Source: Rhizaria sp. SCN 62-66 (Eukaryota). Taken from it: a stretch of 64,000 nt of DNA. Within the stretch, counting starts at the first letter, position 1. Every line of letters begins with the position of its first letter. The position numbers and the translations under genes are program-made. The notes under the pieces are model-generated. The model did no database searches. It was not told the origin of the DNA and worked only from the letters and a program-made list of their open reading frames with translations. Where the stretch lies: the NCBI GenBank assembly GCA_001724265.1, contig MEDY01000017.1, positions 1-64,000 on the forward strand. The letters run 5' to 3'. Positions 10,530-22,900 of this stretch are shown here, one piece after another.

Positions 10530-13500
10530 ATGAGCAGGCGTGGAGTGAAGCGCACAAAAACAGTTTCTACAAACCGCTCATCTGATTCAGACAACGAATC
10601 GCATCACCGACTCCCTCCGAGTTCAGTCCTTCGCAATCCTCTGTCACATCAGAGCATTCAATCAATGTTATCTTCCGACTCCCTGGCTGCTCAGGCCGCT
10701 GATTCTAACATTGTGTCCACTACAAGCGCCATGCTGGACAGCCTGCAAGCGCCGATCGGCGACACGGCTGCGCTGCGCCGCATAGCCGAAGAGCGCCTCC
10801 GCGCGCAGCCGCGCGTCGGCACGCCTCTCATTGACTTTTACGCGACAGCAGCGCTCTACCCGCCCATCGGCGCCGAGTGTGTCCGCGCGCTGGCGGCACA
10901 TCTCCCCGCGGATGCGTACAAGCGCCTGGTTTTTCTGTTCGTGCGTTTCCTGGTGCAGTCGCTGCCCTACGCGCCGGGCCTGCACCCCTTCGCCGTGCAC
11001 CAGCCGGGCCGCCCCAACACCGCCTACGCGGCCGCCGCAAACGCGGAGGAGGCGGGACAGGGCGCGTCGGCGCCGGTGGTGACTGCGGCGCGCGAGTCGT
11101 CGCCGCTGTACGACGCCTCGGAGACACTGCTGCAGGAGTGGTTCAACCACCTCATGTTCGGCGCCAATGCCACGGCCATCATGGCCAAGATCGCCGACCT
11201 CAACGAACGCTCGGGCTCGGGCGTGTGCGGCGCCGTGCTTACGCCCGGCGAGCCCGCGTACTACTGCCGCACGTGCGGCGCGGACCCGTCGTGCATTCAG
11301 TGCATGCGCTGTTTCCGCGACTCTGACCATACGGGACACGAAACCGTGATGGCGCACGCCGGCGGCGGCTGCTGCGACTGCGGCTCGCTCTCGGCCTGGG
11401 CGCTTGGCGGCTGCTGCTCCAAGCACAAGGGCCCGCAGTCGGCGTGCCCACCCATGGAGATCCTGAGCAAGGTTGTGCCCGAGAGCCAGGTGCGCATGCT
11501 CGTGTTCCCGGTGCTGGCTGCCGTGGCACATGCCGCCGCCACGGCGCTGTCGCCGACGCCCAACAAGGCGCCGACGCCGCGCGACGACCCGAAGCTGCTG
11601 CCCACGCACGTCGCACACTGGTACCGCCACCGCGTGCTGCCCTGGGGTGCGCTCTCCGCGGTCACGGCGCCGTCCGAGACGTTACGCGAGCGCGCGCCGC
11701 GCCACGCGCTCGTTGTGCCGCGCGCGGACCTGGCCAACATGGCGCGCCGCGCCGTCGGCGACGTGGGCTACGCCGCCACCATGCAGGGCTACGAGCGCTT
11801 CCAGGCGCAGGGCCGCAAGCCTGGCGCGGCGGCCTCGCCCGCGGTGTCTGGTGCTGAGGACTCGTTCGGTTTTGTGGCCGCCTCGTCGACGCGCTCGGTC
11901 GTCTGCCTTGAAGACATCGCCGCGCCCAGGGACTTGCGGGCCACGGCGATGAAGCTCCGCGCCGCCGCCGCGAAGCCGGCCGCCAAGGGTACTTTCGCGC
12001 CGCTGCTGCTTCTCCCGTCGGCCTCCGTGTCCTCCCCCGCGATCGCCTCGGCGAGCGCGCACGACTCTGCGTCCTCTGCTGCGTCTGCTGTGTCATCTAC
12101 AGCCACTTCTGCGTCCCCTGTGGTCCCCCGCGCGCTGCTGTCACCGTCGTTCGCGCAGTCGTCGCCACTGTACATCCTGGTGCTGCACGACACGGACTCG
12201 CACACGTACGACCAGATCGAGGCCGCGCTGACGGCCGACGTTGCGCTGCTGGGCGCGACGGCGCGCGACATTGCCACGCAGGTCGATCTACGCGGCTGGG
12301 CCGTGCTACTGCTCTCGCGCGACAAGGACCACGTGCTGGCCGTGCAGCGCGCGCTGGCGGCGCGCACCGTGCTCTCCACCGTCTACCTGCAGGGCCACGC
12401 CGTGCGCACGCCGGTGTCCGAGTTCGACGACGCGTGCGCCGCGCTGCTGCGCCGGCACCCGTAGCCCAACATCGTGGCCGCCACGCTGACCAACACCGAG
12501 ATCGTGGACCCGCTGGGCGACCCCGCGGTGGAGCGCTGGGCCGACGCCGCGTGCGGCATGGCGCGTCTCTCGCCGCAGGAGTGGGCCTGCGTCGACAGTC
12601 TCGGCGTGACCCCAACCAAGAACGGCTTCGGCGACCTCCGCAGCGAGGAGTCGCTCAATCTCGCGTTCCAGGGCGCCGATGCGGCGGCGCCGCCCATCAC
12701 CGAAGACTCGCTGGCGGACCTCGCGCGCGCCCCCGTCACGGCGACGCTGGCCGCGCGCGTGGCGCGCCGCTCGCGCGCCGTCAACGGCCACATCGAAGCC
12801 GTTGCGGCGGCAAACCCAGACTGCAGCGCGCTGAGGCTGGCTGCGCAGACGGAGCTGTTCAAGAGCCACCACTACATTTTCCCCAATTCGCCCACGGCGA
12901 CTTTTTCCGCGCTCGACAACGCGGCCTTCGCGGGCGTGGCCCCGCTGGACCAGGTTCTGCCGCCGCCCGCCGTGTCGGCCGCCTTCCTGGAGGACGCGCG
13001 ACAGAAGCCCGACGCTGTGGCGGCCGCGTGGGCGCGCGCCACGGCGGCCGGCCCCGCTGCTGACCGCCTCGCGCCCGCCGCGTATCCGTTTGAGCTGCTG
13101 CACCAGAACCTGCAATCGAGCGGGCTCGAGCGCAACGTCGCCGGCGCCGCGTCCGTGCTGGTGAACCCCAGTGACCGCACGGCGAGCGTGCGTGCGTGGC
13201 AGTCGACGCCGCTCACATCTCAGCCCGACGCCCTCAAAGCATCCTACGCCGCGCGCAACTTTAACCCGAAGGCCTGGCGCTGGGGGCTCTTTGGCGGGCT
13301 GTACCGCGACGCCGACGCCGACGCTGCCCCTGCGGGCGCGGACTCCGAGGAGGAGCACAACGCGGCTGCCCTGCCTCTCGCGCGCGTGGCCCCCGACGCT
13401 ACTCTGCCCGGCATCTCGGTCGAGCTCGCGCAGTCGCCCCCGCCCGGCCTGGTGTTTGTCACCTCCATGGGCCGTCTGAGCACGTGCATCTCGTGGCTCT

Positions 13501-16500
13501 ACTCGTTTGCCAACAAGGCCAACTGCTTTCGCCAGTCCGTCGCGTGCACGTTCGCGCTGCCGCTGATGCGTGTCGGCGTGCCGTCGCCGCTGCTCAACAC
13601 GTTTATGCCGCGCGCGGTGACTGAGGCGGGCGCGTTTGAGAACGCCGACGACGTTGACGGCGCCCTGCCCATCGGCCGCGGCTTCGGGCTGGGCATGCCA
13701 GTCCTGAAGAGCATGCTGGGTGACGCGCCGCGCGGCTTCGAGACGAGCCCCACTGCGCTCGTCACCAAGCAGCGCGCGATGCGCACGAACGTGGAACGCG
13801 TGCCCGACCGCACCCGGCGCCCGGCGAACCCGTTCCGCAACGAGCGCAGCGTTCTCTTGCCGCTCGCGCTGTGCGCTGTGCCCGAGGTCGATGTTGAGCG
13901 CCTCGACGTCGACATCACCATGGAGCCTGCACGTATTGCGCCCACGCTTGCGGGTGCACTGCTTGCCTAGGATGCGCTTTCATCTGTCGCTTCCCTCGTC
14001 GACTGGCGTTGCGCTCCCGCTGAGAACGACTCTGAGGGCCGCCGCTGCGCGGGCCGCGTCGGCGAGATGTCGTCGCCGTCATACTCGCCCACGCAACTCG
14101 CGGCGCTCAAGAACTGCAACACTATCATCCCGTCGATGCGCCACATGTACCCGCTAAAGCACGTCGTGGCCGCCAACGCCCCCGTGACGACGCCTTCGAC
14201 GGCTGGGCAGTCAGCGTCCGTGGCCGCCGCTTGCGCCGGGCTGCGTGGCTGGGCGGCGTTCGCGGCGTGGGAGGCGCGCGTCGCGGCCGACCTCGAGCGC
14301 GGCCGCGCCGAGGCTGCGCGCGTGGCCGCGGGCGCGCCCGTTGTGTACGAGGAGGACGCCGACGGCGTGTGGCGCGCCAGCTCTGCTGTGCCTGATGCCG
14401 AGGTCGCGCCTCCGCTGACGACGGCGCTGCCGGTCGGCCGCGAGGCCGGACTCGTGCTGCTCGACGCAGTGATGCGCGATAACGACATTCTGACGCCGCT
14501 GCCAGCGGGCGCGATCAACGCGCTCTACTTTGAGCTCTTTGTTAATCCTTGGTTCAAGCGCGTGTTTGCCGTGTCGTTCGCGCGTCATTACTCGGCACAG
14601 CTTGCACGTGTGATCGCTATGGAGGGCATGATGCCCCCAGCGAATCGGTTTTCGCTCATTGGACTGGGCGTGCAGGTGCTGACGGAGCCGATGTTGACGC
14701 CGCTGATTATGGCAGACTCGCGTAGCTTTTCTCAAATCATGGCAACGCTCTACACGGCGATGACCAAGGCGGCGCGCCCACTGCCCAACGGACGCCTCGC
14801 GCCCGTGTCTATGACCATCATGAACGCCGTGGCGCACGCGAACCACATTGTGGCGAACGAGGGCGCGGCACCGCTGGTTTTCCTGGCTGATATGCACCCG
14901 TTCCGCAGCTGGCTCTTTACGCTGAGCAGCATGGAGGGCATGGACGCGACCACGCGCGAGGGCCAGCGCCACGTCGAGTTTGCCTCCAACAACTGGCAAG
15001 AAGCCATGCGCCTGGCGTACAGTATTCATCCCACCACAACCATCTGGCTTCGCCGCCTGGCCTCGCTTTTTGACAATGAGCCTCTCGTTGCCTTCACCAT
15101 CAAGCAGCTGGAGGTTGCGCAGTCCAGCGAGCAGGTGATCACAAACGCGCTGCACGCCGCGTCAGGACGCCCCGTTGAGCGTCTCTACGCTCGCAAGGTG
15201 CGCACTGCGCGCGCCATCCTGCGCCAGGTGCGCGGTGCGCTGCAGCATCTGTGGCAGCGCCAGTGGAAGGAGTTTGCGGGGCCACCCGCTCTCTGCAACG
15301 CGCGTCTTGCGCTGGCGGCTGGCGACGACGAAGCCACGAAGCGTGTCGTGCCCGCTGCTGAGTTCGAGACTTTCAAGCCGGGTTACAACAACTCACTCGC
15401 TTACAAGGCCGGGGCGCGCTCTCGCGTCGCAGTGCCGTCGGGCCACTGGGTGCCGATGGCTCTCGGCGCCGCGCTCGAGACTGTGCTGTCGGTGCGGCCG
15501 CCGTGGGCATACTCCGCCTCCGAGGACGACGCTGACGCCGACGCGGGCGGCCAGTTCCGTGTCGACCCGCGCACGATGGCCGCCGAGGGGCTGCGCGTGT
15601 CCGTGTTCGCCCCGCTTCACCGCATGTTCATTCAGCTCTGCGCGCTCTTTGTCGCCAACTGGGGCGTTGAGCTTGACGACCTCCTCAGCTCCGCGGTCCC
15701 CTTCTCGCGCTTCAGTGGCGCTAAGAAAGCTTCCAACACTACGACTACTGCTGTTGAGGCAGCGGCAACATCCTCGTGTGTGGCTACCGAGACTGAACAC
15801 TCGAGTGAAGGAGCTGTGTTCATCGAGGTGGTTGACGGTGAGACTCCGGCTGAGGCAACATCGGCGACTCACGCCGCATCTGCCGCATCTGCCGCAACTC
15901 CCGCAGCGACGGCTATGACGGACGAGGGTGACGCATCTGCCAGTGCTCTGACTGCCGTGCAGCAGCGTGCCTCGCACAAGACTCCGCCATTGGTGGCCTC
16001 CGTGCCTCTTGCCGCGGCACCAAAGCGTGCGCTTTGGATGCGTTTGGCGGAGCCTGCGGCGCGCGCGATTGCGTTCAAGCTGCACACAGAGTCGAACCTG
16101 TACGTGCTCAACGGTGATGTGCCGATCAACATCTGCTTCCACTACTCGCGCGCGTGCAACCTTTCGCAGATGCTCGACGCCGACGTGGCGACTCTGCAAA
16201 TGACGGCGACCCGCCTGCGTCCTGAGTGGCTGATGACGACGCTCGCTGCCAAGTGCGGCATGCTCGCCCCGCTGGGTCTGGAGATGTCGCACGCCGAATG
16301 GGTCTCACTCGGCACGACGCAGCCTGAGGCTCGTGCCGCTAAGTTTGCCGCTGACTGGTTGAACTTGAAGAAGTTCTGGTCGCCCGAGAAGGCGGCCGCC
16401 GTCTTTGCACGCTTCTTTGAGACATTGATGCGTCTGTACGTGCAGCGCGACACGCTTTGCAACACCGACGACCTTGAGACGGGCAAGTATGTTGCAGTGC

Positions 16501-19500
16501 AAGCGCTTGCAGAGAAGCCGCAGACCTTCTCCACCATCTTCGGTGTGCTCACGCCCTTGGGCCGCGAGGGCAGCGGTCTCACGCAGACTGAGCTGGAGGG
16601 CATTCTCGCCGAGATTGCCGACTTCCATGCCGGCAGCAGCGGGCGCGGTGATGCGCGTGGCTCCGGCGCATACACGCTCAAGAAGCACGCGTGGGCGCTG
16701 TACAACCCGTACTACGGCCGGCGCTCGAGCTCGGCCGCGACGCAGCTTGCCGAGACGCGCTACCTGGAGGTGATGACGGAGCACCTCGCGCAGGCGCGCA
16801 AGGGCACCATGCGTCCCGCTGAGGTCAATGCTCTGGGCTACTCCCCGCTCGTCGCCAGTGTGCTCTACGGCAACGGCTTATCTGCTGCCAGTCTCAAGAC
16901 GCAAAGCCAAGACGTCACGCTGTCGGCGGTGCCGCTCTTCCCGCCGCCCGCCGTGCCGCGCCCGCTGCCGCGCTCGCTCGAGGCCCTGCACTGGTTCCTC
17001 TATTCCCCGCTGCTGTACCGCATGGTTGCCGTCGCGCTCCAGAGCGTCTGCACGCCGCTGTGCGCGCCGTCGCCACTCGATCTGTTCACTGCGCACGCGG
17101 CGCAGCACCCTGAGGCGCTTCCCAAGCGCTTCTCCAACATCACGCGCCGCGCCCCGCCTGCTCCCGCGCAGATGCCGGCCATTGATCTGCTGCCCGCGCT
17201 CCGTAACTTGCAGCAGGTGGGGGGTGCTGATGGCGAGGAGGTTGGTCAGCTTTTCGCGACATTAATGGAGGCTTTCCGCACTGGGGGACCGGGCGTTGTT
17301 GCCGAATCTGGCTCGCCTGCCACTCCCCTGCCCGCCGAGGAGTACCCCATTTCGCCCGTGCCTGCGCCGAGCGGAGAGGGTGCTGCAGCGCTCACGGCCG
17401 CGGCCGCGGCGGAAGCCGAGGAGCCCGCGCTCCCGCTGGACGTGAGTGTGGCGGAGGCGGAGCTGGTCAAGCACCGCCAGGGTGACCGCATCTTGCACCA
17501 CACACTGTCACTGCTGCTGATGTCGTCGTCTGCGCTTGTGGACGGTTTGTGGAGCGGCGCGAACCCGCTCAACAACGCGCGCGTGCTGCCTTCCTCCGTG
17601 CCTTCGCGCGACTGCCTCGGTCTCACCACCGTGGGCGGCGTGCGCGCCCCGGAGGAGGAGCCCTACGTCCCGCGCGCGCCCGCCGCGAACGCGCCCTACA
17701 CGGGCTCGATGGCGGCGTCGTCTGTGTTCACGACGACCGACGTGCCCTTCACCACGTCGCTGCCGCTGCACGGGCTCGTGCTCGACCTGCTCACGGCGCC
17801 CACCACCGCGCCCTTCCCCACTTCGGCGCAGACGCCGCCCCGCTGCACGGCGCTCACTGAGGCCACGATTTCCAATACGCTCATCGACTACCTTGCGCTC
17901 CTGCTGCCGACCGACGCTCCCGCCTCCACGGCGCCGACCCCCGCGGCCGCGCCCTCTGCGACGAGTGATGCTGCGGCGCCGACCACTGCGTCGTCCCCTG
18001 TTTCGTCGCCCTCCAGCCCCGCGGACACGGCGGCGACGTTGAGTACCGCTGCGCACGCTCCTCTCGTGCGCTTGGTTGTGGCACACGTGCTTGCAGTTGC
18101 GCGCCGCGCGACTTTCGCCCTGCACATGGCGAGCGCCGAGAGCTCGTCCTCGTCACTCGCGCATCCTGCGTGGTTTTCGACGCAAGAGGACGTGCCACTG
18201 TCCGTTTTTCAGGCCTCGAACTGCCCCGCGCCGCTCGGCCCCATCGTCGCGCGCCTCCTGCCGCGCATCCGCGGCGACGCGGCCCTGCTCGCGGCCGCGG
18301 GTTTGCGCGCTGACGCGCCCACTGCCGACGAGTCTGCTGACGGCGCCGCGACTGGTGCGGCCAAGTCGAAGCTGTCTGCTGCGGAGCGCGCGAAGCGCCA
18401 ACGCGCGGCGATGCTCGCCAAGATGAAGTCTAGCCAGAGCAAGTTCATGGAGAAGCACAGTGACGACTTGGACCGCGTGATTGACGAGGCCGCGCCCGCG
18501 GCAGCTGAGCTTTCGCGCCCGCCCGAGACGCCTGCCGAGCTGCGCCAGCAAGCGTACGCAGCCCACGAGGCCGCGCACGGCGTGTCGCTGCAGTGCATCG
18601 TGTGCATGGACAACTTGGCATACGGTGTCGGCAACGAGCTCATGCTACTTGGCTACGCTCAACGGCAGAACCTTGATAAGGCCGCTTTCTATGGCGCCTA
18701 CCAGGTCGGCTCAGAGCGTCGCCGAGTTGTCACGGGCATGCGTCTTTGCACCAACGCACAGGCGGGGCCACAGGAGGCCTCAGCGGCTGCTGCTGCCGCA
18801 GCAGACACGTCGATGGCGCATCGCTTGATCACGCGTGGACTAGTGGCCCCGCTCGGGCAAGTTGCGCTGGGGAGCCTGGCTGATCTACAGAGCGACCCCA
18901 CAGGCGAGAAGGTTCACGCGCGCGCCCGCGAGGCATCGGCGCAGTTACTGCACGAGATTGCGTCATGGGGACTGCCTCCCTTGGCTGCGGCTGACGCCGT
19001 GCCCGTGAGCGAAGTTCTGCTTGCAGACCTCACCAGCACTTCTGCGGCGTTGGCGCGGCGCAAGGCTCTGGCAAGCCACTCCGTGAGTCTATCGACGGCG
19101 ACCGACGCGGTCGACATCGTGTTCCGGGATGTGTTGCTTCGTGAAAGTTTGCCCCCCTACGTCAACGCGATAGTTGAGCAGCGTTCGGAGGAGCTCATGC
19201 ACGTTGCCAATAGCCTACTTGCACGTGACGCGCCGCTGTTGGCGCACCTGACGGAGCAACAGCTCGCGCGTGCGATCTCGACGCGGATCAAGAAGTACTT
19301 CAAGCTGATCGCTTTGACGAGTCCAGCTGAGCGTGCACGTGCCGCGGCCAGTAGTCGCAGTGCTGAGGACGAGGACGTGTTCGTCGATGCTCAAGGCTTC
19401 GCTGACAAGACCACCGCCAAGTCCCCGACCAAGGCTGCCGATGCTGCGCCCGCGCCCGTTTCCGGTGGTGATGAGCCGGCTGCTGCCTCAGCGGTGCCTG

Positions 19501-19847
19501 CGGGATTGGCGTCGGGAAGCGAGGAAGAGGAGTTCGCAGAGCCCTATAATGCTCTTGCTGATCGTGCTGATGCTAATGACTCAAGCTCTTCATCTGATGA
19601 CGAATTGAGGGCCCGGCTTGCCTATGCAAATGCCTCCAGTGAAGACGAAGATGACGAGGACGGTGAGATTGGTCAGTTAACTGATTTGTTTCGGATGGTC
19701 GCTCGCGGCGCCCGCCGCGACCGTCGCCGTGCCCACCGCCGCGGCGATGCTGATGCCGACGACGGCAGCTCCCAGAGTACCAGCTCAGAGAATACGAGTG
19801 AGAGTAGCCCCGCCACGAGCGAGTCGGAGATCGGCATGATCACCTCC

Positions 19848-19907
<60 letters not shown>

Positions 19908-22900
19908 GATGATGATGACAACAATGACAACAATGACAATGATATCGGCGGGGAGAACCCCAACGCCTTCCTGACGCGCTTTGCCGGGTATCGTTCGCAC
20001 ATGTCGGTCAATGACGAGACTGCAGATGAGAGGAGGGTGACTCCTGGGAGTGACTTTGAGGTGTCTCGCGCCATGGTTGATGCAGTCCCCTTCACACAAT
20101 CACGCATGCTGCGTCCGCACCTAAGCGACATCGAGAGCGACGGCGACTCCGAGGCCGGCGCCGACTCGGAGGATGACGCGCCCGCACTGTCGTCGACTCT
20201 GTCATCGACTGCTTTGGAGCGCGCGTCTTCTACCGGCTCAACGGGCGCTCTGCTGCACCGCTTCACGGGGAGCCATGACGGCGGCGCGGCCGACAGCGCG
20301 CCGTCACGCCACTCGCGTGCGCGCCAGGAGCTGGCTGCCATGCCCTCGGGCTTCGACCGCGACATGTACTCGCTATTTGGCCGTTCCTACTTTAAGTGGC
20401 GCAAGCGAGCGCTCGAAAAGCGCCATGTGCAAGCGCTTGTCGCAACCTCAGCGATTACATACGCGGCGGGCCTGGGCTCTCTGTCGTACTCGGCCACTGC
20501 TTCTCGCCTCGAAGAGGTGGTTTCGGCGTCCGCCCCTCAAGACTCTGGCAAGATGGCTTTGGAGACCTGCGTTGCGGGTGCAACCACGATCCGCCAGCGC
20601 TCTCGTCTGGTGAATCGTATGTATCTCGTGCTGCAACACCTCGTGATCGCCGTGAACGCTGAGGTCAACCGCGCGATGGAACCTGTGGGCGCCAACGATG
20701 CCGGTCGTGATGCTTTCCTCACCGCGTTCGCGAGTCCTAAGGCTGTGACGGCGCGTCGTCGCCTGCGCCAGCGCCGTCAGCGGCTGTTGCTGCTGCTTGC
20801 CATGGTGAATGAGCTGCGTATGAACCGACCGTCGACGATGGGTCGCGGACTTAATGAGGCCATTGTTAACCCAGAATTCACCGACGACGTGCCTTTCTAC
20901 GTGCCGCCGCGTGCGTTGCTGGCAGACGATGAGGATGAGATGAAGGAGCTTGTCGAGACGTGCCGCACGACTGCCTGCAAGGGGAAGTACCCTCACCAGC
21001 ACCACAGTCACCAAAACCACCGCGACCACGACGTGGGCGAGGGCGCGACGTTCTGCACCGACCGTGCCCCCGACGGCCAGCAGGGCGACTGGGTGTCGTC
21101 GCAGGCGGCCTACATGCACGTGCACAGCAAGATTAGCGCGGGGCCCTACGCTCCGCTCTGGTCTGAGAGCTCCGTGTCGATCGCCTTCTGCGGCCACGCC
21201 GTGCACAAGAAGTGCGCGACGCGCATCCCCACGGCCGTCTTTGGCCCCACGTGCCCGATGTGCCGCAGCATCTTCAACACGACGCTCCCCGTGCTGGTGC
21301 CGCAAGTGCTGCCGCACTGGGTTTTGGTCGACAACCCGCGCCGCGGACGCCGCAGCTCAGTCGACCATGCTTCCATCGCGCCGCCTGTCATCGATGTGGC
21401 TGTCGCCGCGCCTGTCCCGCTGCCTGACCTTCCCCGCACTCTTACTGTTGCCGCCGTGCCGCGCCCGCTTGCCACTCCAGTCGTTCGCGACTGGGCGAGT
21501 ACGGCCGCGCGCTGCGCTGGCGCTGCAGCGGCGCAGCTGAACCTGCGCGCCATGTACACATTCTTGTCCGCGCGCTTGCAGCTTGCTATCGCGCCCTCCT
21601 TTGTCAAAAAGTACCCGCTGCCTATTTCGCTTGAGACCACCGAGAGCCTGCCTGCTTCCGTGCCCTGGTACGGTGTCTACGGCGACTTGGTGCGCCAGGG
21701 AACTTCGCCGCTCGCGATGTGGTCGTCGCTGCTGCAATTCACTCACCAAACGCCGACTTCGGACGAGTCGACGGGCCGTACGATTCTGAAGAACTACGTG
21801 ACGTCGCACGCGGCGACGATTCTTGTGGGACTTAGCACCGGCGCGCTGCCGTCGCGCGTCAGTCTGCAGGAGGACGTGGCTCAGGGCATCGATCTTCTGC
21901 CCGTGCTCCACGGCTCCGTCACCGAGGCTGAGATGGGCTCCCGCCCCGTCTTCGCCAGCGTGGCGAAGGAGAACACGGCGAAGGAGAGCGCCGCGACGAA
22001 GGATGCTGTGACGCCGACGATCGTGTCGCAAAGCCCGTTCGCTGTCGCTGCTGCTGCTGCGACCGCGAGTGCGCTTGCGATGAACGAGTGCGAAGAAGAC
22101 ATAGATGATTTCGGCAACGTCATCCCGCGCGCGTCGGCTCCCACTGAGCATCTCTCTGACACGCACTCTGGCGTTATCATGAGTGCGCCCAGTGCCGCGA
22201 TGTCGCACACGCAGCCGGACAAGTGCGTGGCTGGACTGCAGAGTGCGACAGGTGCGTTGCAGCTTTCCCGCGCTCCTGCAACTGTGCTTTCACAGGTCAC
22301 ACAACGCTCGCTCGACGCTCTCGGTGCTTTCTTCGCTGTCGCGCAATACAGCGCTCTTACTGACGACGCCGTGATGAAGCCGCTGCGCTCTATCGCTTGG
22401 GGCGGTCTGGCTGCGTCTCTGCTGCCGGCTACCGAGCTCACGCAGTGGCAGGCTGACGCACACGCTCCCGGTGCGACGCTGCCGTTCATGCCGTCTATCC
22501 ACGCGCGCGCCACGTCGCGTCCGCCGGAGCACCACTCGCTGTGGCAGCTGCTGCCGCCTCTACCCCTCAGCACCAACATGACTGAGCTTTTGCTCATGGC
22601 GCTGCTCTCACTACCTGTCGCTCTGTCGCGCCCCGAGGACGTCGTTTCGGCTTCCGCCGCAGCGTCGTGGGCGTGTGTCGCTCCCACTACCTCGTCTGAC
22701 GCCCTCGCCCTGGCGCGCGCGTCAGCGCAGGAGCTCGCCCGCCGAGGCGCCGTCCCGCCGCTGTCTTCGTTCTTCACGCTTAAGGGCACGGAGGGCGCGG
22801 CCGACGCCGCGCGTTTGACGGCACCCGCACTCTCTCCCTGGTCGCCTGACCTCGCCGCGGTGGCGTCGATGACCTACTCGCTGGCTGCGGTGCAGGCCGC

